Under the pieces are notes generated by a model. It did not search any database, was not told where the DNA came from, and saw nothing but the letters and a program-made list of their open reading frames with translations. Both the position numbers and the translations under genes were made by a program. Positions 22,881-38,285 of a stretch of DNA of 64,000 nucleotides are shown in pieces. The stretch spans positions 310,001 through 374,000 of the forward strand of contig JABVCE010000027.1 in the NCBI GenBank assembly GCA_014905635.1, written 5' to 3'. The DNA comes from Scenedesmus sp. PABB004 (taxonomy: Eukaryota). The first letter of the stretch is position 1, and each line of letters begins with the position of its first letter.

Positions 22881-25800
22881 ATGGCGGCGCTGCTCGCGTG
22901 CTGCTGCTGCGGCGGCCTCGGCGCGTCGCCTCTTTACGCGGACTGGGACGCCCACCCGGCGGCGCTGCAGTACAGATGCCTGCGCCGCCTCGGCGAGGTT
23001 CGGCAGGCGTGCCGCGGCACAGCGCGCTGCCGCTGCGGGCGCCGCCGCCGCCGCCCGACGACGCGCGCAACTCTTGGCGCAGGGCGGCTTCAGCGAGGTG
23101 CAGCTCGCGGCTGACCGGCTCACGGGGCGGACGGTGGCGCTGAAGATCATCTTCCTCAACCGCCCGGGCCTCACGCCGCAGCAGGCGCGCGCCGGCGAGA
23201 TGGACAGCTGCGCACGCGTTTGAACGGCGCGCGCCGCCGCGGCCCACCCCGCCCCGCCCCCGCTCCGCGACCGCGACCGCGACCGCGACCGCCGCCGCCG
23301 CCGGCGCAGCGCGCCATCCTTGCGGGCGAGGCGCGGCTCGTGCGGCTGGCGTGCCACCCGCACGTCGTGCGCTGCCTGCGCGTGCTGTCCACGCGGCGCC
23401 AGGTCGTGCTGGTGCTGGAGCACCTCTCCGGCGGCGAGCTGCTCGCGCAGCTGCAGCGCGTGCGCCGCTACAGCGAGGCGACCGCGGCGACCCTCTTCCG
23501 CCAGGCGCGAGCTCGCGCTCCAGCGCAAGCTTAAGCTTGCGCCCCGGCCGCGCGCCTCGCACGCTGCCCGTCCGCGCCGCGCCGCGCCTCGGCGCTGCCG
23601 GCACACGCGCGCCGCGCGCCGCCCGTGCAGGTCGCGTCGGCGGTGGCGTACCTGCACGCGCTCGGCATCCTGCACCGCGACGTCAAGCCCGAGAACTGCC
23701 TGCTCGCCAAGCCGGCGGCTCACTACGCGGCCAAGGGCAAGCCGCCCAAGGCGCGGCGCGGCGGGGCGGGACGCGCTAGCAGCGCACCGGCGCGGCGGCC
23801 CTCTCACGGTCGAGCTCGCTCACAGGGGCCCGCGCGTGCGCGCACTCACACACGCGGCGCGCTGCAGGTCAAGCTCATCGACCTGGGCATGTCTGGGCTC
23901 TTCCGGCCCGGCCGCCCGCTCACCGGCTGCATGGGTGCGCCGCGTCTGCGCCCGCGGCGCCGCCGCGCTGTGACACCGCGCGCGCGCTGCTCAGCCGCGC
24001 CTGAGCCCCGCCCCGCCAGGCAGCCCGGGGTTCATCAGCCCGGAGGTTGTGCTCGGCGAGCCCCACACGGTGCGGCGCGCGCCGCCGCCGCCGCCGCCCG
24101 CCCGCGCTCCCGCCCGCACGGCCAGGCCTCCACCTCCCCCCTCCCACGCACGCGCCCGCACGCCCCGCCCGCTCACCCGCGCACGCCCACACCCGCCATA
24201 CACGCCACGCACCGCCCACCACACGCGCCCGCCCGCCCGCCAGCCTGCCATGGACGTCTACTCCCTCGGCGTGCTGCTGTTTGTGATGCTCGTCGGCCGC
24301 AAGCCCTGGGACGCGGCGCGCAGCCACACGTTGGCGTACGCGGTCGAGCGCACCGCCGACGCGCCCGGCCTGGCCGAACCCTCGTTTGGCGCGCTCTCCC
24401 CGAGCGCGCGGCAGCTGCTGGCGGCGATGCTGGCGGAGGACCCGCGCGCGCGGCCGAGCGCGGCGGAGGTCCTGGCGCACCCGTGGCTCGCGGGCGCGGC
24501 GGCGGCGCCCGGCGGCGGCGGCGCGCCCGACGCGCCGATCGCGCCCGCGGTGCAGCAGCGCCTGCGCGTGCTGGGGAACAGCCGGCAGGTGATGGGCACG
24601 GCGCGGGGCATGATGATGCTGCACGGCCGCGGCAGCCGGTCGGGCGCGGCGGCCTTTCACGCCGCGGTGCGCGAGGCGCGGCTCGCGCTCGCGGCGCAGG
24701 CGGGCGCGCTGCGCGCGGCGGGGCAGCTGCAGGCGCTGGCGGCGGACCCGGGCGCGGCGGCGAGCGGCGCCGGGGCGGGCGAGCCGCCGCGCGCGCGGCG
24801 CGCGGCGGCCGCGCCGGCAAGCGACGGCACCGGTGCCGCCAGCGGCAGCGGCACCGGCACCGGCACCGGCAGCGCAACGCAGGGGCCAGCAGGCGGCGGC
24901 ACGCAGCACGCCGCTGGCAGCACCGCTGCGGGCCAGGCGCCGGTGGTCGCTGGGCCGCCCGCGCCGCCGGCAGGCCGGCAGGGCTCGGCGACCGTGGGCC
25001 AGCTGGCGCGCGCGCGGCTGCATCAGCGCAGCCTGCTGTTTGGCGGGCAGCGCCCGACGCCGCCGGCGCCCGCGGGCGCGGGCGCGCCGCCGGCCGCCGC
25101 GGCCAGCCCGGACCCGCTGCTGGGGTGGGAGGCGCTCGAGCGGGGAATGTCGCTGCCCAACCCGGACGCCGCGCTGAGCGCGGCGCGCTCGCCCGCGCCG
25201 GCGTGGGGCGGTGCGCGGCGGTGCGTGCGCGCGCGCGCGGTGTCGCTCTCGCCCGACGCGCTCGCGCTGCTGGACGCCGACGACCGGCGCTGCCTGCTCG
25301 AGGCGGGCACGTCGGCGGACGACGACGGCGGGGGCGATGGCGCGTTTGGCTGGCTCACGGCTGCTGGCGACGACCGCGGCGGCGCCGCCGGCGACGACAT
25401 GGTCGCCTCGTTCCGACGCGCCTTCCTCGCGCCGGCGGCGGGGGTGAAGCGGCCCACCATCATGCGGTGGGTGGGCGGAGGCCTCGGCGGGAGGAGGGGA
25501 GGGGGCGAGCGCGGGCGGCGCCCGGCCAGCCGCGGGGCGCTGGGCGCAGCTCACAAGCGCCGCCCGCCCGCCCGCCCGCCCCGCCCGCCCGCCCCGCCCC
25601 GCCCCGCCGGCGCCGCAGGTCGATCGCGCGGCTCGGCCAGTCGCTCTCCAGCTCGATCGGGCGCAGCCTGCGCCAGAGCGGCGGCCTGGCCGGCAGCCAC
25701 CGGCTCGGCAGCCGCCACGCGCCCGCCGGGGGCGCCAGCGGCGCGGGGCGTGCGCTGTCGCTGTCGTCGGACGGCGGCGGCGACGGCGGCGGCGGGTGCG

Positions 25801-27581
25801 GCGGCTCGACCGACCTGGACAGCCTGCTGGCCGCCGGCGCGCCGGACAGCTGCCAGCCGCTGGCGTCGCGGGGGCTGGAGGCGGCCAGCGCGCCGCGCCA
25901 GCTGCTGCCGCCGCAGGCCGCGCCCGCGCACCTGCGCGCCGCCGCCGCCGCAGCGACGAGCGGCGCCGCGGCGGTCGAGCGCGCGGGCAGCTCGAGCGTG
26001 GCAGGCGGCACCAGCCCCGAGCTGGCGTTCCTGGGCACGGCGCTGTCCATGAGCCCGCCGGCGGCGCGCAGCCCCGCGCCGGCGCCCGGGAGCGGCCTCG
26101 CCGCCGCGCTCGCGCGGCGGGGCGAGGCGTTTGCGGCGCTGCCGCGCGTGCTGCCGGCCATCCCCTCGGAGCCGTCCGGCTCCGCCGCCGCCTCCGCCAG
26201 CGCCAGCTCGCAGGACCTCGAGGGCCTGGCGGACAGCGCCGCGTCAGCGGTGCCGCGGTCCGACGCGGCGCCGCACCCGCGCACGCCGCGCCGCGCGCCG
26301 CCGCCCGCGCTCGCCGCCACGCGGCGCGCCCTGCGCCAGTCCCCGAGCGTGCGCGCGGCCGCCACCGCCGCCGCGACGCGCGCGGAGGAGGAGGGCCTGG
26401 ACCTGCCCAACGGCCTGTGGCTGCAGCGATCGGCATCCATCGACAGCGCCGCCGCGGCAGCGGCGAGCGGCCGCCTCGCATCGCCGCTCGGGGCGGCGCC
26501 CAGCGCGGCGCTGGACTTGGCCAACGGGCTCAGCCTAGCCGACGTGCGGTTCGCCGTGGCGCAGGAGGAGGAGGAGGAGGAAGCGGCGCCGTGCGCCGAA
26601 AGCATTGGCGGCAGCGGCAGCGCCAGCAGCAGCAGCAGCGGCAGGAGCAGCAGCAGCATCAGCGGCGGCGGCGTGCAGCAGGCAGCACGCGGCGGCGGCC
26701 AGCGGCACACGAGGGACGTGAGCGTGACGGACTGGCTGAGCCTGTGCGGCCTGCCGGCGAGCGAGGCAGGCAGGGAGGTCAGCGTGCTGGATTGGCTCGG
26801 CGAGGCGCACGCGGCGGCTGCGGGGGGCGAGCAGGGTGCGGCGGCGCCCTCGCCCGCGCGCGGCGCGCGCGCTGCCGGCGGCGGCGCTGGCGGCCGTGCG
26901 CAGGCGCGGCTCGCCTTCAGTCGCTGCGTCGCTGTGCCTGGCCCCAGCGGCCGCAGCGCACGCAGCGGCCGCGCGCGCCGCGGCTGGCCGCGCGCGGGCA
27001 GCCGGCGCGCCGGCGCGGGCAGCGGCAGGGGCGCGGGCCGCGGCGGCGCGGCGCCGGCAGACGGCTTGGCGAGCAGCGCCGCCGACTCGGTGGCCAGCGG
27101 CGCCGTGGAGGGCGCCCTCGGCGTCGAGGCGCTCCCCGTCGGCAGCTTTGACCCGCACGCCGCCGGGCTGAGCCTGCTGCTCCGGCAGGGCTCCGGCCTC
27201 GCCGGCGAGCCGGACGACGCAGACGGCGGGGATGGCGCGGACGGCGCGGACAGCGCCGCGGCGGCGCGCGGCGCGGCGGCGGCGGGGGCGGCGGCAGACG
27301 CTGAGGAGGCCCTTCTGGAGGAGGCTGCGGCGCTGGAGGAGCTGCTGCTGGGCTGCGCCGCGCCTGCGCCAGACGGCAAGCCCGGCGGCGGCGCAGCCTG
27401 GGGCGGCGGCCGGCGCGCGCCGCACGCGCCCGGGGCGGCTCGCTGGCCTGGGCGGACGGCGGTGGCGCGGCGTGCGGCGGTGGCGGGTGCGCGGCGTTCG
27501 ACGCGCTGGATGAGCCCACGGCTGCGGCGTGGTACTACGGCGGCTGAGCGAGCGAACGACGCCCTCTCGCGTGTCGCATGA
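22881..27581 (+). CDS. CAMK/CDPK-related Ser/Thr protein kinase with a long low-complexity tail (3' end approximate)
   Basis: LGE|GGFSEV, VALKII, HPHVV, LEHLSGGEL, ILHRDVKPEN, KLIDLG, SPGFISPEV, MDVYSLGVLLFVML, DPRARPSAAEVLAHPW. N-terminus MAALLACCCCGG. Confidence 0.88.
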
Positions 27582-27870
27582 GCAGGAGTGAGCCCGGGCA
27601 CAGCGGCGAGGGGATTATGTGTGAGGGGTGCGTGTGTGGTGTGTGAGTGTGTGTATGTGGGGGGGGGGCTTGGGCGCAACGCGGCCGCCCTGTGGGCGGC
27701 GGCAGGCCGCCGATCCCGTGCGGTTCAGGCGCGCTCAGCCCTGTGTTGAGCGGGCCCGGCAGGCGGTCCGGCGCGCGGGCTGTGCTCCCCCCGCGGCGGC
27801 GGCGCGCCCCGCATCGGCGCGTCCCTGCTCATCTGTTGCTCGCTCTTGCCTGCTCGCAAGCAGTCGGCGG

Positions 27871-27875
27871 TTACA
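27871..27875 (-). promoter_or_regulatory. Chlorophyte TGTAA polyadenylation signal
   Basis: TTACA on the + strand just downstream of the Tim17-family stop. Confidence 0.5.
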
Positions 27876-27911
27876 GCCAACGCACATCCCCCGGCCACGC
27901 CGAGGGCCTAC

Positions 27912-28854
27912 CTACCGCCGGCGCCGCCTGCCCGCCTCGCCCGGATGCGACAGCTCGCACGCGTCCACGCTCGCCGCCGCCGGGCCGCCGCCCTGGCAGC
28001 ACGCGCCGAGGAACATCAGCGGCGGCGCGGCCAGCAGCAGCTGCTGCGCCGCCGCGCCCGCCGCCTGCAGCGGGCCGGCCGTGGCGCGCAGCGGGGCGTC
28101 GGCGCCGCCGCCGCCGCCGCCGCCGCCGCGCTCCCGCCGCTGCTGCCCCGCGCGCCGCTGCCGCGGCGCGGGCGCGCCGCGCCGCCGGCGAGCGCGCTGA
28201 GCGCAGCCGCCTCGGCCGCCTCGAGCCCGCCGCCGAGGTCGATGAGGGCGCTGATCGCGCCCAGCCCGGCGCACGACTGCAGCGCGCCCCAGGGCCCCGC
28301 CTTCCAGCCGAGCACGAGCCCCGTGGAGCAGCCCGCGAGGCCGCGGTTCCAGCCGTCCTCCACGAGCCGGATGCGCTGCGCGATGCAGTGCACCGCGGTG
28401 TAGAGGCCAGACATGACCGCGAGCTGCCCCGCCGACGACGCGCCCGCGGCGTGCACCATGCCCCACTGCCGCAGCTGCGCCGCGGGCGCGCGGCGGCGGC
28501 GGCGGCGGGCGGGTCGGCGGCGCACGGCGCGCGCGCGCGTGCGGGCGGGCCCGGTGCCGCGCGGGGCGGGCCGGGGCGCGGAGGCTGGCGCCGCGCCGCG
28601 CCGCGCACCTTGAAGCGGATCGCCGCCGGCACGGCGCCGAGGAAGTAGCCGAGCGCGCCCGCGTACACCGCGCTCGCGGCGCCCTTGAGCGTGCAGGGCT
28701 GCTTGAACGGCGCGTCGGGCGCCGCCGGCAGCGCCGCCGCCGGGCGCGCCGCCGCGGGCTCGGGCGGCGGCAGCGGCAGCGGCGGCGGCGCCGCCGCCGC
28801 GCCGTCGGCGGTCTCCTCGCCGCTGTACAGCGGGCGCCGGTTGCCCGCCGGCAT
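27912..28854 (-). CDS. Tim17/Tim22/Tim23 family translocase-like membrane protein
   Basis: PCTLKGAASAVYAGALGYFLG, LAVMSGLYTAVHCIAQRIRLVEDGWNRGLAGCSTGLVLG..GALQSCAGLGAISALID. The C-terminal frame is ambiguous near 28190. Confidence 0.8.
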
Positions 28855-29033
28855 CGCGAGGGATCACGAGGGCGCGGTGGCGCTGGTCTCGGATGGATCT
28901 CCGGCGCGGGGCGCAGCAGGCGCCGCCGGCGGCGCGAGCAGCGGCTGCGTCCGCGCTCCCCGGCGCTCAGGGGCGGGCGCGGCGATGCCGGTGGCGCGCC
29001 CGATCTGCGTTATGCCGGCTCAGCTCGGCGTAG

Positions 29034-31337
<2,304 letters not shown>

Positions 31338-31927
31338 CAGCGCCGTGCAGCGCGCGCGGCCGCAGCGGCGGCCGTGCGGCGCGCGGCGCGGAGCCCGGCG
31401 CAGAGGGGCGGGCGGGACCGGCGGCGGCCATCGTGTACACCAGGCAGCGGCGGGCGGCCGGGAGCGGCGGCGGCGGCGGCCGCGGCGCGACCCGCGCGCA
31501 GCTGCCATTGTGGCGGCGCGGGGAGCGCCACGTTGCAACGACTCGTCTGCCGCTTTACCGCGCAGCACGCGCTGCGCGTTGCAGTGCGGCGCTCCTCCCG
31601 CGGCGCCGCGCGCCGCGCCCTCGTCCGCGCCAGGTTGCCAAGCCCCTTCCCTTGCTCGAGTCAGCTAGGTACACACGGCCAGCCGCCAGCCCCTGCCAGC
31701 GCCCGCCAGCCCCGCCCGCCGCAGCCGCTGCTGCCGCCGAGGCGCCCCGGGACGCACCCCGCGCCCGCCCGCCCCGCCCCCGCCCCCCGCGCGGGGCGCG
31801 CGCAGCCGCTGCTGCGCGCGCGCTCGCCCCGCCCGCCCCGCCCGTCCAGCTGCTGCTGCTGCGCCGCCTCCGGCGCCGCCGCCGCCCGGGGGCGCGGCCG
31901 CCGCTGCCGTTGCTGCTGGCCTGGCGC

Positions 31928-32299
31928 TCACTTGGCGGTGGGCGCCACGTAGTTGCTGGAGAGGAAGGCGTCCAGGAAGGCGCTGTTGCCGCTGGGCGGC
32001 TTGGGGAAGGCCATGCGCTTCGCGAGGATGGGCTCCAGGTACTCGGTGATCTGTGGGCTCATGGCACACGGCAGGAGGGAGAGGGGTTCAGGGTTTAGGG
32101 GCACGGCGGCGGGGGAGAGGGGCGGGGGAGCGGGGGGGGGGGGGGGGGGGGTGGGCGGGCGGCCCCTGCGAGCGCGCGCCGCGGGCGGGCGGGCGCGAGC
32201 AGCCTGCGCCGCCGCGGCGCACCGCGTGGTGGCGCTGCTTGTGGAGCGTGAGGTAGACCTGCGCGCCGGCGGCAGCAGCGGCGCCGGCGGCGGTTGAGC

Positions 32300-32336
<37 letters not shown>

Positions 32337-32887
32337 GCAGCAGCGCCGCGCGGACGCAGCAGCGGCGCCCGCGCCCGCAGCTGCCGCTGCTCCGCCCCTG
32401 CGCCCCCCCGCGCGCCGCACCTCCAGCTCCTCCCGGCCCTTGAAGATCAGCAGGTCGATCACCTGCGGCGCGCCGGCCGCGGGCGTCGGCGGCGGCGGCG
32501 CGCTGCTGCCGCTGCCGCTGCCCGACCGCTGCCGCCGCCCGACCGCTGCCGCCCCGCTGGGCCGCACCCGCGGGTCCGTGACGTCCTTGAACTCCAGGAA
32601 GCGCTCCTTGATCACCGCGCGGATGTCGCGCACGGACACGAGCTCCTCGAGGCGCATCGCCCGGTGGATAAAGGGCACGCAGCGGCACACCTGCGCCCGC
32701 GGCGGCGCGCGCCACGCGTGGGCGGGGCCGCGCTGGAGGCCCTCGGCCCGCGCCCGGGCGTCGGCGGGCCCGGGGGGCGCCGCGGCGGGCCGGCGCGCAC
32801 CTCCAAGTAGAATTGCCGCGCCTTGCCGTCAAACAGGCCCCGCTTGGCCTCCGACGCCGCACGCTGCGCGGCAAGGCGGCTCGCCAT
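31928..32887 (-). CDS. NDUFA6: Mitochondrial complex I subunit B14 (LYR family)
   Basis: ARQFYLE|VCRCVPFIHRAMRLEELVS..KDVTDPR|VIDLLIFKGREELE|VYLTLHKQRHHA|ITEYLEP..SAFLDAFLSSNY. Confidence 0.88.
32301..32344. repeat. (CAG/CTG)n microsatellite in an NDUFA6 intron
   Basis: Directly visible, with one GAA interruption. Confidence 0.95.
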
Positions 32888-33427
32888 GGCAGCGCCAGGC
32901 GGCGGGCGCCGGCGGGCCGGGCGCGAGGCTGCTGCTGCTGCTGGGCCCCCAGATCAGGCCGGCCGCGGCGCTGGGCGGGGCGGGGTGGTGGTGGTGACGC
33001 GAGGGGAAGTGGGCAGCAGCGCTGGGCGCGGCGGCGGCCTGCCGCGGCGGCGGCGCGCCGCGGGCGGGCGGCGGCGGGGTTGAAGCGCTGCCCGGCCGGC
33101 CGCCTCGTGCCGTGCCCGCTGCGGCCTTCATCACAGCTCTCTCCCCAGCACTGCGCCCGATCCTGGCCTGCCCCTGACAGCTCCTCCCCCGCGCGCCTGG
33201 GCGCCCAGGCAAGGCCTGCCGCGCCATCACGCCCGCCGCTCGCTCTCCGCCGGCGGCGGGCAGGTCCTGCCCTTGCGTTGCAGCGCGCTTGCGGTAGCGG
33301 GCGCTCCTGGCTGATCGGCAGCGCGGGTCAGCAGCAGGTGCGGCGGCACGGCGCGCCCAGGCGCGGCGAGCAGCAGCGGCGGCGGCCCCGCGCCAACCGC
33401 CGCGGCCGGCGCCGGCCCGCAGGCGCG

Positions 33428-34963
33428 ATGGCGGCCTGGAACGCGCGCCCCGCGTACTCCACGGCGCCGCTGGGGCCGAGCCTGGACCGCGGCGCGGCGC
33501 TGCACAGCCTCACGACCTACGGCCTCGTCGCCGCGGCGGCGGCGGGCGCGAGCAAGTTTGGGTGCGCGCGGCGGACGGCGCGCGGCGCGCGGCGGCGCAC
33601 GCTCGCAGGGAAGGCCCCGCGCGAGCGCAAGCCTCACGCGCCGCCTCGCCCGCAGGCTGCCGCTGCTGCTCTGGCTGCAGGTGCCGCACGCGGCGAGCAT
33701 CGGTGCGCGGCTGCGGCACGGCGCGCCGCCTGGCCGGCGCCCGGCCGGCGGCTGGCTGCCCCTGCCCCGCGCCCGGCGCGCCGCCCATGGCCCGCGCCGC
33801 CCGGCCCCGCCCCGCAGGCGTCGCGCTGAGCCTGACCGCCGCGCTGTGCGTGCTGGGGGGGCTCAACACGTTCAGCCGCTGGCGCGACAGCAGCGCGCGC
33901 GCCAAGACGTGAGCCCGCGCCGGGTGCAGCGGCGGCAGCAGCACCTGCGCCGGCGCGGCGGCGCCGCTGGCGGGCCGCCCCCGACCGCGCGCCGCGCGCC
34001 CGCCCCGCAGGCAAGCCGGCCTGGCGCCGCGGCAGCGCGAACTGATGGGCCTGCCGCCCACGCCGCCGGCCAAGTGAGTTGGGGCGCCCGCGACACGCGG
34101 CGCCAACAGCAGCGCCGACCGCTGTGCGCCGCCTCGCCGCTGAGCTTGCCCGCCGCTGAACCGGCCGCCGCGCCGCCCAGGCCCAAGCCGCCGCCGCCGG
34201 ACGCCGCGCCCGCCGCCGCGCGCGCGGCGACGCTGCTGGCGACGCCCATTGCGCCGGCGCAGGTGCGGGCGGCAGGCGGCCTGCCGCGCCGGCAGCAGCC
34301 GTCGCCAGTGCGCACACTCTGAGCGCCGCCATCCGCCGCGCCCCGCCCCGCCGCAGCGCCTGCCGCCGCTGGCGCCCTCCGCGGCGAGCGTCGGCGGCGA
34401 CGCGGCGCCGCGCCTGGCGGGCGGCGGCGGCGCGACGCCCGGCAGCGCCGGCCGCAGCAGCCTGGGGCCGTCGCCTGGCTCGCGGTGCGCGGCACGGCGC
34501 GCGGCCGGCTCTGGGGCCGGCCTCGCGCGCTCGGCGCGGGCGCGGCAGCGCCCGCACGCGCGCCGACGCGCGCCCGCTCCCGCCGCCGCCGGCGCCGCCG
34601 CGTCGCTGCCAGGCGCTCGCCCTGGTCGACCGCGCCCGCGGTGGCCACGCCGGAGCAGCTGCGGCACTACGTGGATGCCTTTGCCGCCAGCAGCACGCCG
34701 CCCGGGGCCGACGCGCACGGCGACGGCTTCGGCGCCGCCTCGCCGCTGTCGCCGCTGCCGGCGGGGGCGCTCGCGTACGGCGACCAGGGCGACCAGGGGC
34801 TCGCCGGCGGCAGCCCCGCGCTGCCGACGGGCCGCGACGCGCCGTCGTACCGCCCCTCGCTGGTGCGCGGCGCGGCGGGGCGCGGCGGGGCGCGGCGGCG
34901 GGGCGCCAGCGCGCGCCGTCGGCCGCAGCACGCCCGCGCAGCTAGCGGCGGGCCGCGTGCCTG

Positions 34964-35011
<48 letters not shown>

Positions 35012-35480
35012 CGCAGCTGGCGCGCAAGGCTGCCGCCGCGGGCGCGGGCGCGGGCGGCGGCGGCGAGGGGCTGCAGCCCTCGGCCGACGCCGATGCGGGG
35101 CGCATCATGCGGGATATGCTGCAGATGCAGGCGTGTGCGCGCGGCGCGCTGTTGGGGGGCGCGGCGGGCGCCCCGCCGGGCTGCGGCGGTCGCGGTGCCA
35201 CACAGCTGCACGCCAACCGCGCCGCGCGCGCCGCGCGCCGCCCGCGCCGCCCGCGGCGCCGCATCCCACCACAGGTGCCGGAGCTGCTGGTCTGGATCGA
35301 GCGCTTCCGCGAGTGGGCGTCGTCGCAGCTGCTGTCGCCGCTGTCGGCGCTCATGGACTCGGCGCACGAGGAGCCCAACGCGCTCATGGCCCGCCTCGTG
35401 CAGGGCGGCGCGCCGCCGCAGCTGCCCTGCATTGCCGACCTGCTTGACCTGCCCAGCGCCGACGGCGACGGCGCCGCGCA

Positions 35481-35514
<34 letters not shown>

Positions 35515-36804
35515 TGGGCGGCGGGGCTCGGCGGCGCGGCCGCGGGGCTGGCGGGCGCGGTCGCGTCCGCGGGCGCGGGCGCGCTCGCCGCGGTGGGCGG
35601 CGGCGGCGGCGGCGGCGCGGGCGCCGTGGGCGCGGGCGGCGGCAGCGCGTCTGCCGTGGAGGACGCGCGCTGCACGGCGCTGCACCTGCTGGACACGCTG
35701 CGCCGCAGCCAGCTGCCGTACGGCTACGACCCGCAGCCCCTGCTCGCGGTGCGGCGCCGCGGGGAGCGCGCGCGCCGCGCCGCGCGGCGGCGGCGGCGGC
35801 GCGCCCGCGCGCGCGCCCGCCCCCGCCCGCCCGCGCCCGCGCGCCCCGCCCACGCCCGCGCATGCGCCGCGCAGGCCCTGCACCGCTACAGCGAGCTGCT
35901 GCTCCTGCTCAGCGGGCGCCGCCCCGGCGAGCTGCTGCCGCCCGCGCCGGCGAGCTACATCGGCGCGCGCATCCGCGCGCTCGCCGGCGGGACGTGCATG
36001 CGCGCCTTTGCCTGGAACGGCGGCGGCGAGCACGAGGGCCGGCCCTGGAGCCCCGAGCTGCCGAGCGACAGCGGGCTGGTGTTCTACTTGTTCGCCGCAT
36101 ACCTCGACGCCCCGGGGTGGCAGTTCCCGCTCGCCGGCGCGGGCCCCGACGGCAGCAGGCGCGGCGCGGCAGCGGCGCGCTCGGCGGCGGCGCCCGGCCC
36201 CGCGCGCGCGCGCGCGCGCGCCGCGCCGCGCCCGCCGGCCCCGCGCGCGCGCGCGCGCCGCGCGCGCCGCCGACGCCGCGCCCCCGCGCCGGCCGCCGCG
36301 AGCCGCAGGGGCGCGCCGCTGTACCTCGGCACCCTGCGCAGCCGGCCGCCGGCGAGCTACAGCGCGCTGCTCGCGTTCCGCCCGGACAAGCCCGGCCCCG
36401 GGCGGTCGCGGTCATCGCGACCAACCCCGCGTCGCGCGAGCCGCGCTTCAGCCTGCTGCTCGCGGGCCAGCTCGTCACGCTGTGCGAGCGCGACGGCGTG
36501 TTCAAGGCGCTGCTCATGTGGCTGCAGTGCCACGCGGTCGGGCGGCACGGCCTCGTCGGCGGGCGGTGCGCGCGGCGCCGCGGGCGGCAGCGCGCGCGGC
36601 GGCGCGCGGGGCGAGCGAGGCGCCGCGCGCCCGCCGACGCCGACGGCCGGTTGCCCGCCCGCACGCGCGTCCTCCCCGCCGCAGGCACCTCGGCGAGGCG
36701 GCGCTCGGGGCCTGGAGGACGTGCTGGCGCCCGTGAGCATCGCGCCGACCGTGCCGCAGCGCTGGTTCACCTTTTGGTTCCCCGCGCCGCGCGGCGGCGA
36801 GTAG
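33428..36804 (+). CDS. TMEM209: TMEM209-like nuclear envelope protein
   Basis: N-terminal TM segments, WIERFREWASSQLLSPL, and YIGARIRALAGGTCMRAFAWNGGG..WSPELPSDSGLVFYLFAAYLD, which matches the conserved TMEM209 block as recalled. Confidence 0.8.
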
Positions 36805-37335
36805 CCGCCACGCCGGCGTCGGCCGAGCACGGCGCCGGGTGGGGCTCCGGCGGCGCCGGGGCTTTGGGTCCAACCCCAGGGGTTCGGCGCGGTGCTGGGG
36901 CGGGCGTGGATGTGATTCGACGCGCCGGGCGCGCGGCTCTGCAAAAGCTTGCCGCCTCTTGCCGCCGCCGCCGCTGCGGACCACGCATCGACCGCGCCGC
37001 CCGCCGCCGCGCCGCCTGCCCACGCTCAGCGCACCAGCCCGCCACGCCGATCGGTTGGCGCTGATCTCTGGAGACCGGCGCGGACCGTGTGCGAAGCTGC
37101 AGAGGCGTGGCTGCGTGTGGCAGCAGCAGCGCTGCCCATCTCGGCGGCGCCCCTGGGCAGCCCGCGGCCGCAGCAGGCCCGTGACGCGCTCCCGCGGTCA
37201 GCGTCAGTCTCTGCACCGCCCAGTCGCCCGGGCCGGCAAAGGCGCGCCGCCAGGCCAGGCCGCCGCAGGGTGCGCCGCTGCTCGTGGTAGGCGCGCCGCC
37301 AGGCCAGGTCGCAGGGGGCGCCGCTGCCACGAGCC

Positions 37336-37937
37336 ATGGGCGCGGGCGGCAGCAAGCTGCACCCGGCCGAGGAGCAGCGCCTGGGCAAAAAGTGCCGGAC
37401 GCTGAGCACCGCGTGGAGCAAATGCCACAAGGCCAACCCGGACGACGCGCGCGCGTGCGCCAACCTGGAGACGGCGCTCGTGCAGGTGGGAGCGCGCGCG
37501 CGCCGCCGCGGGCGGCCCGCCGCCGGCGCAGGCGCCGGCGCCGTGCGGCGGCGAGGCGAGGCGCGGCGCACGCACGCGCACGCGCGCGCGCAGTGCTACG
37601 CGGCCGAGCTGTGCAAGCCGCAGTCGGAGGCGCACCAGCGGTGCTACATGTCGCTGATGAACACCGGTGCGGGGCCGGAGGGGGGGGGGATGAGAGGGAG
37701 GGGGGACCTGGGGAGGCCCTGCTGTCACTGTCGGGAGGGGGGGGCTGTCACTGTGCAGAGCGCTGCACCGTGCCTGCGCGCGCGCGCGCGCACGCCTGGC
37801 GGCGGTCGCGCCCCGACGGCCCCCGCCCGCCGGCGGCGCGCGCAGGCTACTACCAGATGCGGCGCGACTGCGAGGAGACGGTGGACGCGATGAAGGCCTG
37901 CCTCAAGCGCGTCAAGCTCTACCCCTTTGAGCGCTGA
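37336..37937 (+). CDS. Small protein with four CX9C motifs (double CHCH-like) and an N-myristoylation-type start
   Basis: Three exons: MGAGGSK..CRTLSTAWSKC..CANLETALVQ|C..CKPQSEAHQRC..G|YYQMRRDCEETVDAMKACLKRVKLYPFER*. Confidence 0.8.
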
Positions 37938-38285
37938 GCGCGGAGAGCGCTGAGCGCCCCAAGCAAGCGCACGAGCCGCGGCTGCAGCTGCGCCCGCGCC
38001 GGCGGGGCCGGCGCGCGCGGGTCGGCGGCGGCAGCTGGCGGCGCGCGGGGAGGCACCGGCGCGCAGGGCGAGAAGTTGCAGTCTTCCGTAATAGTGACCT
38101 CCGCCGGCCACGGAGCAGCCAAGTGCGAAAGCGTCCGACAGACAGACCAGGCCGACCAACCGACCGCTGCCGCCTCTCGGCGGCGCAAAACTGACGCGCC
38201 CTGCGCGCGGAACCGACCACCCGCCGCCGCCTGGCGCGCCGATCGCCACCGGCGCAGCGCGCCGCCGCGGTCCGCGGCCGCCGCG

